DNA of 64,000 nucleotides from Lingula anatina (lineage: Eukaryota; Animalia; Brachiopoda), in the NCBI GenBank assembly GCA_051362555.1, contig CM120643.1, forward strand, positions 29,206,848 through 29,270,847, written 5' to 3'. Positions 63,055 to 64,000 of this stretch are shown here, in pieces; the first letter of the stretch is position 1; every line of letters starts with the position of its first letter. The notes below the pieces were generated by a model. That model ran no database searches, was not told where the DNA came from, and saw only the letters and a list, made by a program, of their open reading frames with translations. A program made the translations under genes and the position numbers.

Positions 63055-63901
63055 TTAAGCGTCTCTTTCACAAAGAGGATAATCTCTGCTGGCGGAGCAG
63101 TAACTTCTGCAGTAGGCCCACTGGTAGCTTTTGGACGGGTAGTACGGCCCGGTCATGACCAGATAGTCCGCGTAACTGGGCTGTCCTTGCGACCAGTTGG
63201 TGTAGCCGTCCAGTACTGTCTTTCCGCTATGTGTCCACACTCTGTCCCTGCCGATACGCCGGGCACCCAACCAGATGTACTTGTCAGAGCTGGAGCCTGT
63301 TAATATACAGAGAAATCGATGTTATCTGGGGCTGGTTTCACAAAGTAACCTTTGCCGGAATCAGTGTTGTATTGCTAACAAGCAAAGCACTCGGAAAACG
63401 CAGATCTCCGCCAAGAAAATTTAATAAAAAAAATGGCGCATGCGTTACAGAACGGGGGTCAAACGAAAAGTGCGGAAAATTGAATAAAAATCCCCCACTT
63501 ATACCTTTATGAGTTTGGCTGTTGACAAATAACTACAATTTAAACAAACAGGCAAGCAGAGGTGAAAACATAAAATACTCTTGGCAGAGGAAATTTAAAT
63601 GAAGTATCTGTAATGTTTTAAATGAGAAAATATATTGTAATCTTATGCTGTAACTGTTTCGGCCACCTTGTTACCTTTTTTTTTCAATAGAAAAGTTTGA
63701 AGGTGAAATTCATGTCGCACTTACCGGTTCGTTTCAGAAGTCCTTCGATGAACTTCTGCTCTGCCTCGGTGTCTATTTCCGCTAGGTAGCCTCCATTTCG
63801 TTGGCAGAACTGCTCTGCCTCTGGCCAGGTCATGGAGACACTGTTGTCATACAAATAACAACTAGAACCGAATTTCTCAGTGCATGGGAAGTCACGAGGT
63901 G
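63055..63901 (-). CDS. C-type lectin domain protein (perlucin-like), last two exons; 5' end beyond the window
   Basis: Exons 63901-63725 and 63296-63055, phase-consistent. FGSSCYLY, MTWPEAEQFCQRNGGYLAEIDTEAEQKFI, YIWLGA, YTNWSQGQP, PLCE. Confidence 0.9.
63376..63595. mobile_element. Family C short element, copy 3 (degenerate), in lectin intron
   Basis: aaagcactcggaaaacgcagatctccgccaag...aaacaaacag...ggtgaaaacat...cttggcagagg, homologous to 49950-50208. Confidence 0.65.
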
Positions 63902-64000
63902 CTGACATGGAATTTACATACAAATAACACACAAATATTATCAATGATTATATTAGCAATATATCAGTTTGGAATTATTCTAAGGTAAATTGTTTATTGA

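Overview
AT-rich, intron-rich eukaryotic DNA from an invertebrate bilaterian; the repeat types suggest a lophotrochozoan or other marine invertebrate, but the taxon is inference. Gene models were spliced by hand using GT-AG sites and reading phase. In order: the terminal exon of an unidentified + strand gene; a BTB-BACK-Kelch gene (KLHL26/9/13-like, -) head-to-head with CTU2 (+); acyloxyacyl hydrolase AOAH (-) head-to-head with anillin ANLN (+), ATGs only 182 bp apart; a classical SDR (-); and the 3' part of a C-type lectin (-). Introns and intergenic DNA carry MITEs, Helentron-associated (HINE/DINE-like) elements with internal satellites, an Academ-like foldback element and tRNA-derived SINE-like repeats. 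The most unusual signals are: (1) a 116-nt hairpin whose defects are purine-purine or wobble pairs on the minus strand only (three tandem sheared G.A motifs, C-GCA-G loop), suggesting an ssDNA recognition site; (2) recurrent 'exon-edge echo' duplications in three unrelated genes, two creating in-frame alternative donors across microsatellites; (3) nucleosome-length repeats carrying nuclear-receptor elements; (4) RFX X-box-like arrays at 21-22 bp spacing; (5) a candidate mutually exclusive exon pair and a 3-nt stop microexon in anillin; (6) ANLN-AOAH adjacency, as recalled for human. No database searches could be run; family names rest on recalled motifs.
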